This document shows positions 1-9,295 of a stretch of DNA of 64,000 bases, piece after piece. Numbering within the stretch: the first letter of the stretch is position 1; each line of letters starts with the position of its first letter. The position numbers and the translations under genes were made by a program. The notes under the pieces were generated by a model. That model was not told where the DNA came from. It worked only from the letters and a program-made list of their open reading frames with translations, and did no database searches. The stretch comes from an uncultured Pseudomonadales bacterium (GTDB lineage Bacteria > Patescibacteriota > Microgenomatia > UBA1400 > PJMF01): positions 75,467-139,466 of the forward strand of contig CAYPPX010000003.1 of the NCBI GenBank assembly GCA_964412775.1. Reading direction: 5' to 3'.

Positions 1-92
1 ATTCCACGGTTATTCATTTCATTACACAGATTATAAGCAATTTTAGCAGCTCCACCCCTGTAATCATGAGTACTGATGAATAATATTTTCAT
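1..92 (-). CDS. Partial CDS, 5' end of a GT4-type glycosyltransferase; continues beyond the window
   Basis: Reverse-complement of 1..92 reads MKILFISTHDYRGGAAKIAYNLCNEMNNRG, a typical GT4 N-terminus. Its ATG overlaps the stop codon of the ORF at 89..874 (ATGA coupling). Confidence 0.5.
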   Translation of the reverse strand, partial: MKILFISTHDYRGGAAKIAYNLCNEMNNRG

Positions 93-874
93 TGGTTTAT
101 TTTGGCTCGATAGTTTAAAAAATATTTTTTTAGTTTTGTTATTTCCATAAGTTTGTTAGCAAATAGTTTACTATTAAATAAGATAAAATATCTTAACGCA
201 GGTAATTTGCCAAAATTATTTAAGATTGAAAGATAGGTTTCAAAGTATGATTTCTTCAAATTAGAACTAGCCCCCTCGCCATTAAAATTACAGATAATTT
301 CATTTGTTTTTAAAGTTGTTAGGTTTTTTTCAGCAAAAATTTTACAAAGCAAATCAAAATCTGCTGCTAAAGTATAATTTTCATCAAACATAAATTTTTC
401 AATAAGTTTTTTCTTAATAAAATATGCTTGTTGGGGTATTTTTTGTCCTCTTTTTAAGTTATTTAGACTTAATTCTTTCTTGATAACATAATTATTTTTT
501 TCATTAGTGTAAGAAACTAAAGTATTACCATAGATAAAATCAGGTTGATTATAATTTTGAATTAATTTTGATAATTTTTTTATGAGATCATTGCTAAAAA
601 ATAAATCGCCAGAATTTAAAAAATAAAGATATTCACCACTAGCAAGCTCAACACCTTTATTCATGGCATTATAGATTCCAGAATCTTTTTCACTTATAAA
701 GTAGTCAATTTTTTTACTAAAAGACTTTATAATTTTTAGAGAGTTATCAGTGGATTTACCATCAATAATGATAAACTCTGCTTTTTTTTCCTGGTTAATA
801 ATACTTTCGATTGTTTTTTTTAAACCAACTTCATTATTTAAGTTTATAGTGATAACAGAAATTAGTGGTTTCAT
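89..874 (-). CDS. Family 2 glycosyltransferase (GT-A fold)
   Basis: N-terminal ISVITINLNNE...IIIDGKSTD with DXD-containing GT2 signature. 4-nt overlap with the next gene. Confidence 0.7.
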   Translation of the reverse strand: MKPLISVITINLNNEVGLKKTIESIINQEKKAEFIIIDGKSTDNSLKIIKSFSKKIDYFISEKDSGIYNAMNKGVELASGEYLYFLNSGDLFFSNDLIKKLSKLIQNYNQPDFIYGNTLVSYTNEKNNYVIKKELSLNNLKRGQKIPQQAYFIKKKLIEKFMFDENYTLAADFDLLCKIFAEKNLTTLKTNEIICNFNGEGASSNLKKSYFETYLSILNNFGKLPALRYFILFNSKLFANKLMEITKLKKYFLNYRAKINQ

Positions 875-1980
875 TTATTTAAGTATTTCTCATAACTTTC
901 TAATAAATTAGAAAAAGAATTTTGTTTTAAAAACTTTTCTTTCTCAATAGTAATCTTTTTTTCTAGACTGGAAAAGTCAATCTTACTATTTTCTATAGAT
1001 TCAAATATTTTTTCTAGGTCTTGATCATTTTTGTAGAAGATATTTGTTTTTTCATCTAAAATAACTTTATTAGCTGACAGATCAGAAGCAATGGTAACTT
1101 TATTTAGTAATAAGTGATGAATCGTTTTTAATCCGGGCTGTTTACCAGAAATTCTTGGTGATAAGCAGGCTAATGCATGACTCAAAAGGTAATTTGATTT
1201 TTTTAAACTAAGTTCACTTATAAACATTATATTTCTATTTTTTTTATATTTTTCAATTAGTTTTTTATCAGCTCTACCAATCAGTACTAAGTCAAACTTT
1301 CTCGTTTTCTGACTATAAATTTTAATAAAATTTTCTATTCCTTGGTATTTTTTAAAGTTACCACTATAGGCTAAATATGGTTTATTAGTCGGAATAGCTA
1401 TTTTTTGTATAGTAGTGTCTGTTTGATCATGAAATAAAATTGTTTTTTTATTTTCAAATAGCTTCTGTTGCTTATACATTGGCCAATTTAAAATAAAAAA
1501 ATTAAATCTTTTAACAATCAATTTTTCTACAAAATTAATAAGATATAATAGAATATTATTTTTATAATTATTTATTTCCAAATTGTCTTTAATTCTGTTG
1601 TGTAAATCATAAACAAAAATTAGTTTGGGATAAAAAAAACTAATAAATAAGCCAATACTAGCTGCTTCAAAATCTTCACAATGGATTACATCATATTTTT
1701 TATTTTTTAGTAAACTTAAGGCTTTTTTTAAAATCAAACAATCTAAATAGATTTTTTTTAGGGTAATTTTTCCTGCTTCTTGATTTAAAAAAATATTTTC
1801 TCCTACTTCAAAAAGGTTTATTTTGTTAAAACTTTCAGTTGTTGACTTGGTTTTATATGAAATTAAATCAATCTGGTGGTTTTGGGAGAGGATATTAGCA
1901 ATACTTTGAATTCTCAAAGTAGAGCCTTTGGCTCCGTAGTATGGGCTAGTAGTAATAATTAAAATTCTTTTTTTAGTCAT
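871..1980 (-). CDS. GT4-type (GT-B fold) glycosyltransferase
   Basis: RILIITTSPYYGAKGSTLRIQSIANIL N-terminus with GT-B organisation. Operon-coupled to both neighbours. Confidence 0.6.
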   Translation of the reverse strand: MTKKRILIITTSPYYGAKGSTLRIQSIANILSQNHQIDLISYKTKSTTESFNKINLFEVGENIFLNQEAGKITLKKIYLDCLILKKALSLLKNKKYDVIHCEDFEAASIGLFISFFYPKLIFVYDLHNRIKDNLEINNYKNNILLYLINFVEKLIVKRFNFFILNWPMYKQQKLFENKKTILFHDQTDTTIQKIAIPTNKPYLAYSGNFKKYQGIENFIKIYSQKTRKFDLVLIGRADKKLIEKYKKNRNIMFISELSLKKSNYLLSHALACLSPRISGKQPGLKTIHHLLLNKVTIASDLSANKVILDEKTNIFYKNDQDLEKIFESIENSKIDFSSLEKKITIEKEKFLKQNSFSNLLESYEKYLNK

Positions 1981-2899
1981 TGAATAAGTATTTTTTTAGG
2001 TTTCTTTTAATTTTTCCTTTAAAAATATCCCAAGAACTAGTTCTATAAATTTTCTTAAAATTATTTAAAATTTCTGCATTTAATATAACTTTATCAGGTA
2101 ATCTCATTTTTTGTGTGAATTTATAATCTAAGTTGTTACTATATTTTTTGTTTTTACTAGAGTGTTCTCCACTCCCATCTTGACCAATATTATCAACTAA
2201 CGGCTTTACTGGATACAGACAATAACCATGATTTTTAAACAAATGGTAAGCAAAACGAATCGCCCATGAATTTATCAAACCTTGCATCTGCATTTCTAAC
2301 ATACTATATAAATCGTTACCCCCTTGATTAAAATTTTTGATTTCAGTTGAATTTTTTTTAAATTTATCAAAATCTATAACTTGCCAATCAACCTTATTCC
2401 ACTTGTTTTTCCAGGTAGCCCAGCCCCAAGAGCTAGGTCTGGAAGTAAAAAAGACATCAAATTGGTAATTAGTTGGAATTTTTAATAATTGATTATCGAA
2501 ACTAAATCCAGAAATGGAAAAAATGTTTTCTTCAGTTTCATATCGTTGAAGCATGGTATTCATGAACTGAAGAAATGATGGATGAGTAACTAAGTCATCT
2601 TCTAGAATAATGACGGTTTTATGGGTTTCTAAGACTTTAGAAACTCCAGTTATTATCGAATTGGCTAAGCCAATGTTTGTTCCTTGGTTATTAATAATGA
2701 CTTTTTTAAATTTACTTTTATAAGAATCAACTACTTCTCTTGTTTTTATTACTTTTTTTGAATTAACATCTTTTTTAGGGCCATCGGCAAAAACGTATAA
2801 AGTGCTTTGATTAGCTAAAGTATTTTTGGCTAAAGAAGCTAAGGTTTGTTTGGTGTGTTCCGGCCTGTTATAGATAAAAAGAGCAATTGGTGAAATCAT
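1973..2899 (-). CDS. GT-A-like glycosyltransferase (family uncertain)
   Basis: IALFIYNRPEHTKQTLASL ... ILEDDLV acidic motif, Rossmann-like GT-A pattern. Confidence 0.45.
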   Translation of the reverse strand: MISPIALFIYNRPEHTKQTLASLAKNTLANQSTLYVFADGPKKDVNSKKVIKTREVVDSYKSKFKKVIINNQGTNIGLANSIITGVSKVLETHKTVIILEDDLVTHPSFLQFMNTMLQRYETEENIFSISGFSFDNQLLKIPTNYQFDVFFTSRPSSWGWATWKNKWNKVDWQVIDFDKFKKNSTEIKNFNQGGNDLYSMLEMQMQGLINSWAIRFAYHLFKNHGYCLYPVKPLVDNIGQDGSGEHSSKNKKYSNNLDYKFTQKMRLPDKVILNAEILNNFKKIYRTSSWDIFKGKIKRNLKKYLFND

Positions 2900-3636
2900 T
2901 TTATTTTCTTTACGAAAGTTACATTTGCTACAGACAAAAGTCTATCTGTTTTAATAAATATGTTTATTAATTTATCTAAGAGTTTAAATATTAAATAAAA
3001 AAATCTCTTAACATAAGGAAATTTATTTTTTTTGTGCCATATGTTTATTATTTTTTCGTTATATTTTGTAAACATCCATGGCTCTAAAACTACTCTTTGT
3101 TTTCTCATTTCTAATAGTTGGTCTGAATATTTATTAATTTCATTAAAAAGCTCATTAGGTTCCCAACAATAAACATGGTGTGGGTCAGTATTCCAAATAA
3201 CAGAATACTTTGAAGGAGATTTAATAATTCCAACACCCCCTGGCTCTAGTACTCTAATAATTTCTTTTACATAAAATTTACCAGTTTTTTTATCTAAATG
3301 TTCTATAACTTGATTCATTAAAACAAAAGAAAAATAATTATCTTTAAACGGTAATTTTTTATTATTTTCTAAAAAAAACTTTTTTACATTAACTTTCTTT
3401 TTGAGCAATGTAGCATAACCATAATTAGATCCTTCTAAGGCATAAACCTTGTAAGGGTAATTTTTAAGAGCTTCAATAAAAGATCCAACACCACTCCCTA
3501 TATCTAATATTCTTTGGAAACTCTTACCTTTATAGTTGATTTTTGCCTCATTTAATATATTTAAATAACTATAAATATTAACATCAGAATAGTATGTTTC
3601 TAATTTTTTCTCTAAAATACCTTTTTTATTTATCAT
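2896..3636 (-). CDS. Class I SAM-dependent methyltransferase
   Basis: ILDIGSGVGSFIEAL glycine-rich SAM-binding motif I, with downstream acidic motif II. Confidence 0.7.
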   Translation of the reverse strand: MINKKGILEKKLETYYSDVNIYSYLNILNEAKINYKGKSFQRILDIGSGVGSFIEALKNYPYKVYALEGSNYGYATLLKKKVNVKKFFLENNKKLPFKDNYFSFVLMNQVIEHLDKKTGKFYVKEIIRVLEPGGVGIIKSPSKYSVIWNTDPHHVYCWEPNELFNEINKYSDQLLEMRKQRVVLEPWMFTKYNEKIINIWHKKNKFPYVKRFFYLIFKLLDKLINIFIKTDRLLSVANVTFVKKIK

Positions 3637-3641
3637 TTTAT

Positions 3642-5783
3642 TTATTCAATTTTACTAATTAACTTATAATGTTCAAAGGTTTTTTTTATTTTTTCATCAT
3701 TTTTCCCATTGGTTACGTTTTCAAACCAAAGTGGGCTAAGTTGAAATCTTTTTATAGAGTAATAGTCATTTCTACCTGTATAAAGTACTTTTGTATTGTT
3801 TAATAAGCTCATAGCTTTAAACCATATATCATCAGCATCTTTACATATTTTTGTAAATTCATATTTATTAAAAACTTCAAGATTCAAGCTACCTGGAGGA
3901 TATAAAATTCCACCTAATCCTGTAGCAAAATTATTAAATGATATAGATTTTACTTTAGCTGGTTTCCAATTGATGTATTTTTCTAAATCATTATCATGAG
4001 TTTTCGTTATTTTGACACATCTATTTGCAATAATTAAATTTGGATTTTTATTGCTTTCATTAATTAAATTTTTTATAAAGTCTTTTTTATATATTGCATC
4101 ATCATCTATAGTAATTATTTTATAATTATTAAACTCTTTTAAACTATATAATAATTTTTTATAAGATTTTAAATTCTCATTAACATATATGATTTCTAGA
4201 CCTCTTTTAATTAATCTTTTTATTTTTTTATCATTTATGTCTTCAGAAAATTCTTCCTTAGAAAGATATAGACGAACTTTTTTAGGTTTATAACTTTGAT
4301 TTAAAATAGACTCAATTACAATATATATATTGTTAAATCTTTTTGGAAAAGTTGTTAAGCTTATTATTACATCACTGGAACTATTAACTCCTGATTTATT
4401 ACTAAATAAATTTACTAATTTTATTTTTACTATTAAAATTTCCAAATAAATGTTTTTAATTATGTAAAATAATCTCAATGACCTGATTAAATTAAAAGAT
4501 TTTAATTGCATATAGAAGCATTCTCTTGTCGACTTAAAAAAGTACAAACTAAAGAAATTAACAAAAAAATAGGAAAATATAGTTGAAAAAGCAGCTGCAA
4601 TTATTCCATATTCTTTGAGGAATATTAAATTTAATACAATATTTATTACTGCACCAATAGAAGTTCTTAATAGGGCATTAATTGTCTTATTTTCAGCTAC
4701 CACCCATTTTGAAGCAATTATTCCTAGAAAAACAAAAACGCCTGACCAAATGTGTACAGAAAGTATTGTAGAAGCATAAGAATATTCATGACCATACAAA
4801 ATATTTATTATTTGTCTTGAAAAAATAAATATTAATATACTTATAAATAAAGAAGCAATTGTTGATACATCAAATAAAAATTGCAATCTGTCTTTGTATA
4901 ATTTTTTACTTTTTTTTCTAGCTGATAATATATATGGAAAAATTGAAGATCCAATTATTGTTGGTATGAAATACCAAGCCTCAGAAAGTTTAACAGCAGA
5001 ATAATAAATCCCAACTTCCTTTGTACCAATCATTGATCCTATTAATATTTGGTCAACTTTCATATAAATAATTGAAGAGAATGCAGATAACATTATTGGC
5101 CAGCTATCAAAAAAAATTTCTTTTGAAATATTAAAATTTATTTTCCATTCAGTTATTTTCAATTTTTCTTTTTTCTTATAAAAATAAATTAAAAGTAGAA
5201 ATGTTATTAAATTCTCAATTAATATGGTAAATACAAAACTTGTAGTGTCTAATTTTATAAATATAAAATAAAATTTGAGTAGTGATACTATGGAAAATGA
5301 TATCAATCGTGATATTACTGGATATTTTGATTTTGTTTTTGATTGAAACCAAAAATCAATAACATCAAAAATTTTAAAATAATAGCTTATAGAAATTAAA
5401 AATATAAATATTTTTATTTTTAACTCTTCAATATTCAGGAAATTTACAAGAATAACTAGGAGGAAAGACATTATTATTGTACTAAGAATTTTTATAAATA
5501 ATGCACTTCCTAAATAATATTTTTCTTTACCTTTTTTATAAATAAAATCTCTTATTAATATATTATCTATACCAAAAGATCCAACCACTGCTGCTATTGA
5601 TACTAATGAAATTGCATAATTCATACTTCCAAATTCATCAGGACCTAAATACCTAGCAACCTGGCTTATTACAAATATTCCTATAAAACCCTTTAAAATA
5701 TTTTCTAGTATTAACCAATTAATATTTTTAAAAATTTTTAAAAATTCTTTGTTATCTATTATTGATTTAAAAATTTTTTTCAT
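3642..5783 (-). CDS. Fusion protein: Wzx/MOP-type oligosaccharide flippase (about 12 TM, N-terminal ~420 aa) plus C-terminal GT-A-like domain with DDD motif
   Basis: N-terminal half is polytopic with Wzx-like topology. C-terminal half is soluble: TTFPKRF...IITIDDDAIY...GLGGILYPPG. Confidence 0.55.
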   Translation of the reverse strand: MKKIFKSIIDNKEFLKIFKNINWLILENILKGFIGIFVISQVARYLGPDEFGSMNYAISLVSIAAVVGSFGIDNILIRDFIYKKGKEKYYLGSALFIKILSTIIMSFLLVILVNFLNIEELKIKIFIFLISISYYFKIFDVIDFWFQSKTKSKYPVISRLISFSIVSLLKFYFIFIKLDTTSFVFTILIENLITFLLLIYFYKKKEKLKITEWKINFNISKEIFFDSWPIMLSAFSSIIYMKVDQILIGSMIGTKEVGIYYSAVKLSEAWYFIPTIIGSSIFPYILSARKKSKKLYKDRLQFLFDVSTIASLFISILIFIFSRQIINILYGHEYSYASTILSVHIWSGVFVFLGIIASKWVVAENKTINALLRTSIGAVINIVLNLIFLKEYGIIAAAFSTIFSYFFVNFFSLYFFKSTRECFYMQLKSFNLIRSLRLFYIIKNIYLEILIVKIKLVNLFSNKSGVNSSSDVIISLTTFPKRFNNIYIVIESILNQSYKPKKVRLYLSKEEFSEDINDKKIKRLIKRGLEIIYVNENLKSYKKLLYSLKEFNNYKIITIDDDAIYKKDFIKNLINESNKNPNLIIANRCVKITKTHDNDLEKYINWKPAKVKSISFNNFATGLGGILYPPGSLNLEVFNKYEFTKICKDADDIWFKAMSLLNNTKVLYTGRNDYYSIKRFQLSPLWFENVTNGKNDEKIKKTFEHYKLISKIE

Positions 5784-5784
5784 A

Positions 5785-6528
5785 CTAATTTAGTAAATAA
5801 ATTTTAAAATTTTGAGTTTCTTTTATTAAGTTGTAATTTATATTTAATTCTAATTGTTCAATATAATTTTTATTATCTATTAAATTTTGTTTTTTACCCT
5901 TAATAATTTCTTCTCTGGTTGATTTATTAAAAATAATTTTAGTCCCATAAATATTAGTGAAGAAGTCCTTGTAGTTATTTTCACTTTTTTCTTGAATAAA
6001 GCAGTTAATATTATATTTTTTGAGTGTATTTTCTAAACCTAAAATATTAACATCTGAAACAAATTCTTTTGATTCTAAGATCTGGTTACCATTAATTTCT
6101 TCTGAATCAATAATTGGTGCGTAATAAGAATATGTATTTATACTATAAATGCATCTATTAAAACTATTAGTATTATTCTTAACGTACTCCTTTATTTCTA
6201 TGTAATTTATTCTATAAAATGACATTATTTCTAGGACTTTTATTTTCGAAATAAATAAAAAATAAGTAGTTATGATAATACTAACAATAAAATAAATATA
6301 GAAACTAACTTTACGGATTTTATTTATTAAAACGTATAGTGATATTAAAATAGGGATAATCAAAAAAATGTTGTAATAATTATGTATATAAATTACTTTA
6401 GAAGCTATTACTAAATAGGATAAAAAAGAACCTAAAATAGAAATTATAAAAATATCAGATTTTTGTTTAATTTCTTTGCTTATTATTATTTTTGTAAATG
6501 AAATAATAGCTAAAAAAAATAAAAACAT
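5785..6528 (-). pseudogene. Probable C-terminal part of the same membrane protein as 6467..7780 (frameshift, or a separate small membrane protein)
   Basis: Start codon is embedded in (A)8T(A)5CAT(A)6. Two TM helices then a ~150 aa soluble domain, matching the layout of the other GT-C/YfhO-like genes here. Confidence 0.3.
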
Positions 6529-7780
6529 AAAAAATTATTGGTTCAACGATAAAAACAAGTAAATTTTTAAATATTTTTTCATACATTGGTAAGTAAAAAA
6601 TTAAGTTTTTACTAGTAAGAAAATCGTCTGCATAAAAGAAAATTTTTTCTTTTAACAAAAATAAAGAAATTGAAGATATAGATATTAAAAATATAGAAAA
6701 GAAATATATAGTTTTTACAGGTAGTTTATTTAATTTTTTAAATAAAAATTCATTTGTAAATTTGTAAATCAAAATTATAGTTATAAACCATATGAAGTTA
6801 TTTAAAATATTTTGATATAGGCTTATTTTTGAATAATTAAAAACCACTAAAACTAGAGGTATAAATTGGCCTAAAGATAAAAATAGAAATATAAAGTTTT
6901 CTATAATTGTTTTTTTATAATTTTTATTATTCTTTAGAAAAGAACTAATAAACACTATTGGATATGTCCATATAAAAATTGAGCTTTTTGTAATTGTTCC
7001 TATTCCTAATGTTATTGCAGATAAAATTAAATATTTAACATTTCTATTTTTTTGATATTTTTCAAATAAAATTAATGATAAAAAAGTAAAAGTAATCAAA
7101 AGCGAATCTATAACAGTAACGTAATGAGAAAAATTTATAATTGGATTAAGTGCTATAACAGAAGTTGCTAGCACGGATGTGAAATAAGAAACTTTTTTAG
7201 ATAAATAAATGTAAATTAGTGTTAGATTTGTTATTAACAATAAGTGTAAAAATATCCTTGTTGCCAGTTCAATAGGTATATTTAAAAAATAATAAGTACT
7301 AGCTAACAACCATTCAAAAATTGGAAAATGATTTAGATCTAATTTTTCACCTTCCAAGTTGGAAACATTATTTAAATAATACTTTTTTTGGTAGTTAAAA
7401 ATATTTTTACTTTTGACAATATAGTTAGCTGGTTCTACGTAAGCGGCATATTTCATTGGGTGGTCAGTAGTAAATGGTGTATTAAAAAATTTAACCCTAA
7501 AAATAGTTAGAAATATAAAGAAAATAATAAGTAAAAAATTACTTATTACTCTTTCTCTTTTTAAAAAAAATTGTTCAATAGTAGATTCTTTTTTATTAGC
7601 TATTAAATATTTAAAATATTTATCAGAAAAAATTAATGTAACTGTTATTAGTGCTAAAAATGTAATTAATTTGAAAAATATTATTTCAACATAAAAGTTG
7701 ATTTTAAAAAAACTTAAAAAACTAATAGATAAACTAATAAAAACTAAAATTTTAATTATTTGTTGTAATTTTTTTTTCAT
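6467..7780 (-). CDS. Polytopic membrane protein, probable N-terminal part of a frameshift-interrupted GT-C-like gene
   Basis: More than 10 predicted TM helices. ORF ends in an A8/T8 homopolymer tract and overlaps the next ORF by 62 nt in another frame. Confidence 0.4.
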   Translation of the reverse strand: MKKKLQQIIKILVFISLSISFLSFFKINFYVEIIFFKLITFLALITVTLIFSDKYFKYLIANKKESTIEQFFLKRERVISNFLLIIFFIFLTIFRVKFFNTPFTTDHPMKYAAYVEPANYIVKSKNIFNYQKKYYLNNVSNLEGEKLDLNHFPIFEWLLASTYYFLNIPIELATRIFLHLLLITNLTLIYIYLSKKVSYFTSVLATSVIALNPIINFSHYVTVIDSLLITFTFLSLILFEKYQKNRNVKYLILSAITLGIGTITKSSIFIWTYPIVFISSFLKNNKNYKKTIIENFIFLFLSLGQFIPLVLVVFNYSKISLYQNILNNFIWFITIILIYKFTNEFLFKKLNKLPVKTIYFFSIFLISISSISLFLLKEKIFFYADDFLTSKNLIFYLPMYEKIFKNLLVFIVEPIIFYVFIFFSYYFIYKNNNKQRN

Positions 7781-8382
7781 TTTACTTCAAAAAACAACAG
7801 GTTTTTTTGTTTATTATCTTTTTTATTTTTTATAAATAATTCTTTTTTACCTTTATCCATCACCGGTACCTCAAAAACCACCTCTTTATCACTCCATTTT
7901 TTTATATTCATTTCTGCACCATCTAAATACACTTTTCCAGGCTCATGAGGCTCACCAAAGTTCTTACCAGTAATTCTCACTAAACTCCCCTGGATTCCCC
8001 AATCATTACTGAGTTTTTTGATTTTGGGGTATTGTTGTAAATCACTGTAAAAATGTGTGTATTGGTTATGAAAAAATAGAGTTATTAAGAATAACCCAAC
8101 AATAAAAAAATTAATTTTTGGCCATTTTATTAGCTGATTTTTAATACTAACAAGTGAAAATATAACTATTAGTAGTAAAAGATAAATAGTTGTGTATTTA
8201 TAATTTAAGCTATCATAAAGCCACCAATACTCAGTAGTTAAATACTGAAAAACATCAACCGTAACTAGAAAAATAGTTAAAATTATTAAACTTAGCAACA
8301 ACTCAGGTAGTAACTTAGACCAACTGAACTCAGTTGTTGTCTGTGGTTTCTTTGATTTCATAAAACTTGGGATTATAGGCAC
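7777..8382 (-). CDS. Small membrane protein (3-4 TM) with C-terminal IPT/TIG-like domain
   Basis: GSLVRITGKNFGEPHEPGKVYLDGAEMNIKKWSDKEVVFEVP matches the IPT/TIG consensus (G..I.G.NF....V.....A......S...I...VP). Confidence 0.5.
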   Translation of the reverse strand: MPIIPSFMKSKKPQTTTEFSWSKLLPELLLSLIILTIFLVTVDVFQYLTTEYWWLYDSLNYKYTTIYLLLLIVIFSLVSIKNQLIKWPKINFFIVGLFLITLFFHNQYTHFYSDLQQYPKIKKLSNDWGIQGSLVRITGKNFGEPHEPGKVYLDGAEMNIKKWSDKEVVFEVPVMDKGKKELFIKNKKDNKQKNLLFFEVK

Positions 8383-9250
8383 GAATAATTAGGTCCATAA
8401 TCAAACCACTAACAAAGATTTGAACACCAAATAACATCATAAACACTGCTACTAAGGGCCACATCCTTGTACCGATACCATGAAATAAAATAAATTTTTC
8501 AATCAGCATCCAAACAGCAATCAGGAAACCAACTCCAAAACTAAAGATACCTAGAGCCCCCAACATATGAAGTGGTCTAGCAGCAAACTTATGAAAAAAC
8601 CACAAAGTCAGCATATCCATGAAGCCTTTGATCGTTCTAGTCAGGTTGTATTTACTCACTCCAGAAAGTCTAGGTCTGTGTTTCACTGGCATCTCACCAA
8701 TCTTAAAACCACGCCACACCAATAGAGCTGGGATAAAACGATGCATTTCCCCTCTCAAAGTCATGCCTGTAAAACACTCTTTTTTGTAAACTCTCAGGGT
8801 ACAACCAGCATCATGAACATGATCTCGAATCAATATTTCTCTAAGGAATTTTGCTCCTCTAGAAATAAATCTCTTGCCCCAACTATCTTGTCTTTTTTGG
8901 CGCCAACCACAAACCACATCCAGCTTTTCTTGTTCCAATTTTGCAATCATCTCTGGGATACTAGCTGGATCATTTTGGAGATCTCCATCCAGAGATACCA
9001 CATACTTACCTTGGCTAGCTTTGAAGCCAGCATCTAGGGCCGCTGTTTGTCCAGAGTTTCTCCGTAGGGTAATTATTTTTAGGGGCTTGAGGGTTTTTAA
9101 AACTGCTGCTGTTCTATCTCTAGAGCCGTCATCAATAAAAATAATCTCGAACTCTTTTTTGAAAGTTTTGGCTACTTTAAGAATTTCTTCATGAAGTTTT
9201 TTGACATTGCCTTCTTCATTAAAAATCGGTACAACAAAGGAAATATACAT
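8330..9250 (-). CDS. Polyprenol-phosphate glycosyltransferase, GtrB/ArnC/DPM1-like GT2 with C-terminal TM helices
   Basis: ISFVVPIFNEEGNV...FIDDGSRDRTAAV...RNSGQTAALDAGF followed by 2 TM helices, the bactoprenol-P sugar transferase architecture. Confidence 0.7.
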   Translation of the reverse strand: MYISFVVPIFNEEGNVKKLHEEILKVAKTFKKEFEIIFIDDGSRDRTAAVLKTLKPLKIITLRRNSGQTAALDAGFKASQGKYVVSLDGDLQNDPASIPEMIAKLEQEKLDVVCGWRQKRQDSWGKRFISRGAKFLREILIRDHVHDAGCTLRVYKKECFTGMTLRGEMHRFIPALLVWRGFKIGEMPVKHRPRLSGVSKYNLTRTIKGFMDMLTLWFFHKFAARPLHMLGALGIFSFGVGFLIAVWMLIEKFILFHGIGTRMWPLVAVFMMLFGVQIFVSGLIMDLIIRAYNPKFYEIKETTDNN

Positions 9251-9295
9251 AGGTGTTACGATTGTAACCCAATTGCTTGTCTTGAGGAAGGGTAA

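Noticed and set aside
3796-3999. Small plus-strand ORFs inside longer minus-strand genes (3796, 12693, 13494, 18342, 19118, 20043, 22417, 24026, 24303, 26161, 28795, 30601, 31928, 33442, 35909, 39862, 42335, 49757, 52707, 53097, 55309, 55668, 56534, 57668, 58616, 61005, 61468)
   Set aside because: Each is embedded antisense or out of frame in a longer ORF with clear family signatures. No supporting motif or RBS.
5785-7780. Treating 5785..6528 and 6467..7780 as two bona fide independent genes
   Set aside because: Possible, but the 62-nt out-of-frame overlap centred on homopolymer tracts, and the complementary domain layout, make a single interrupted gene at least as likely. Kept as a low-confidence split annotation.
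8741-9194. Plus-strand ORFs 8741..9037 and 8874..9194 antisense to the GtrB-like gene
   Set aside because: They lie entirely inside a well-supported minus-strand CDS. The translations are low complexity with no motif. Typical antisense artefacts.
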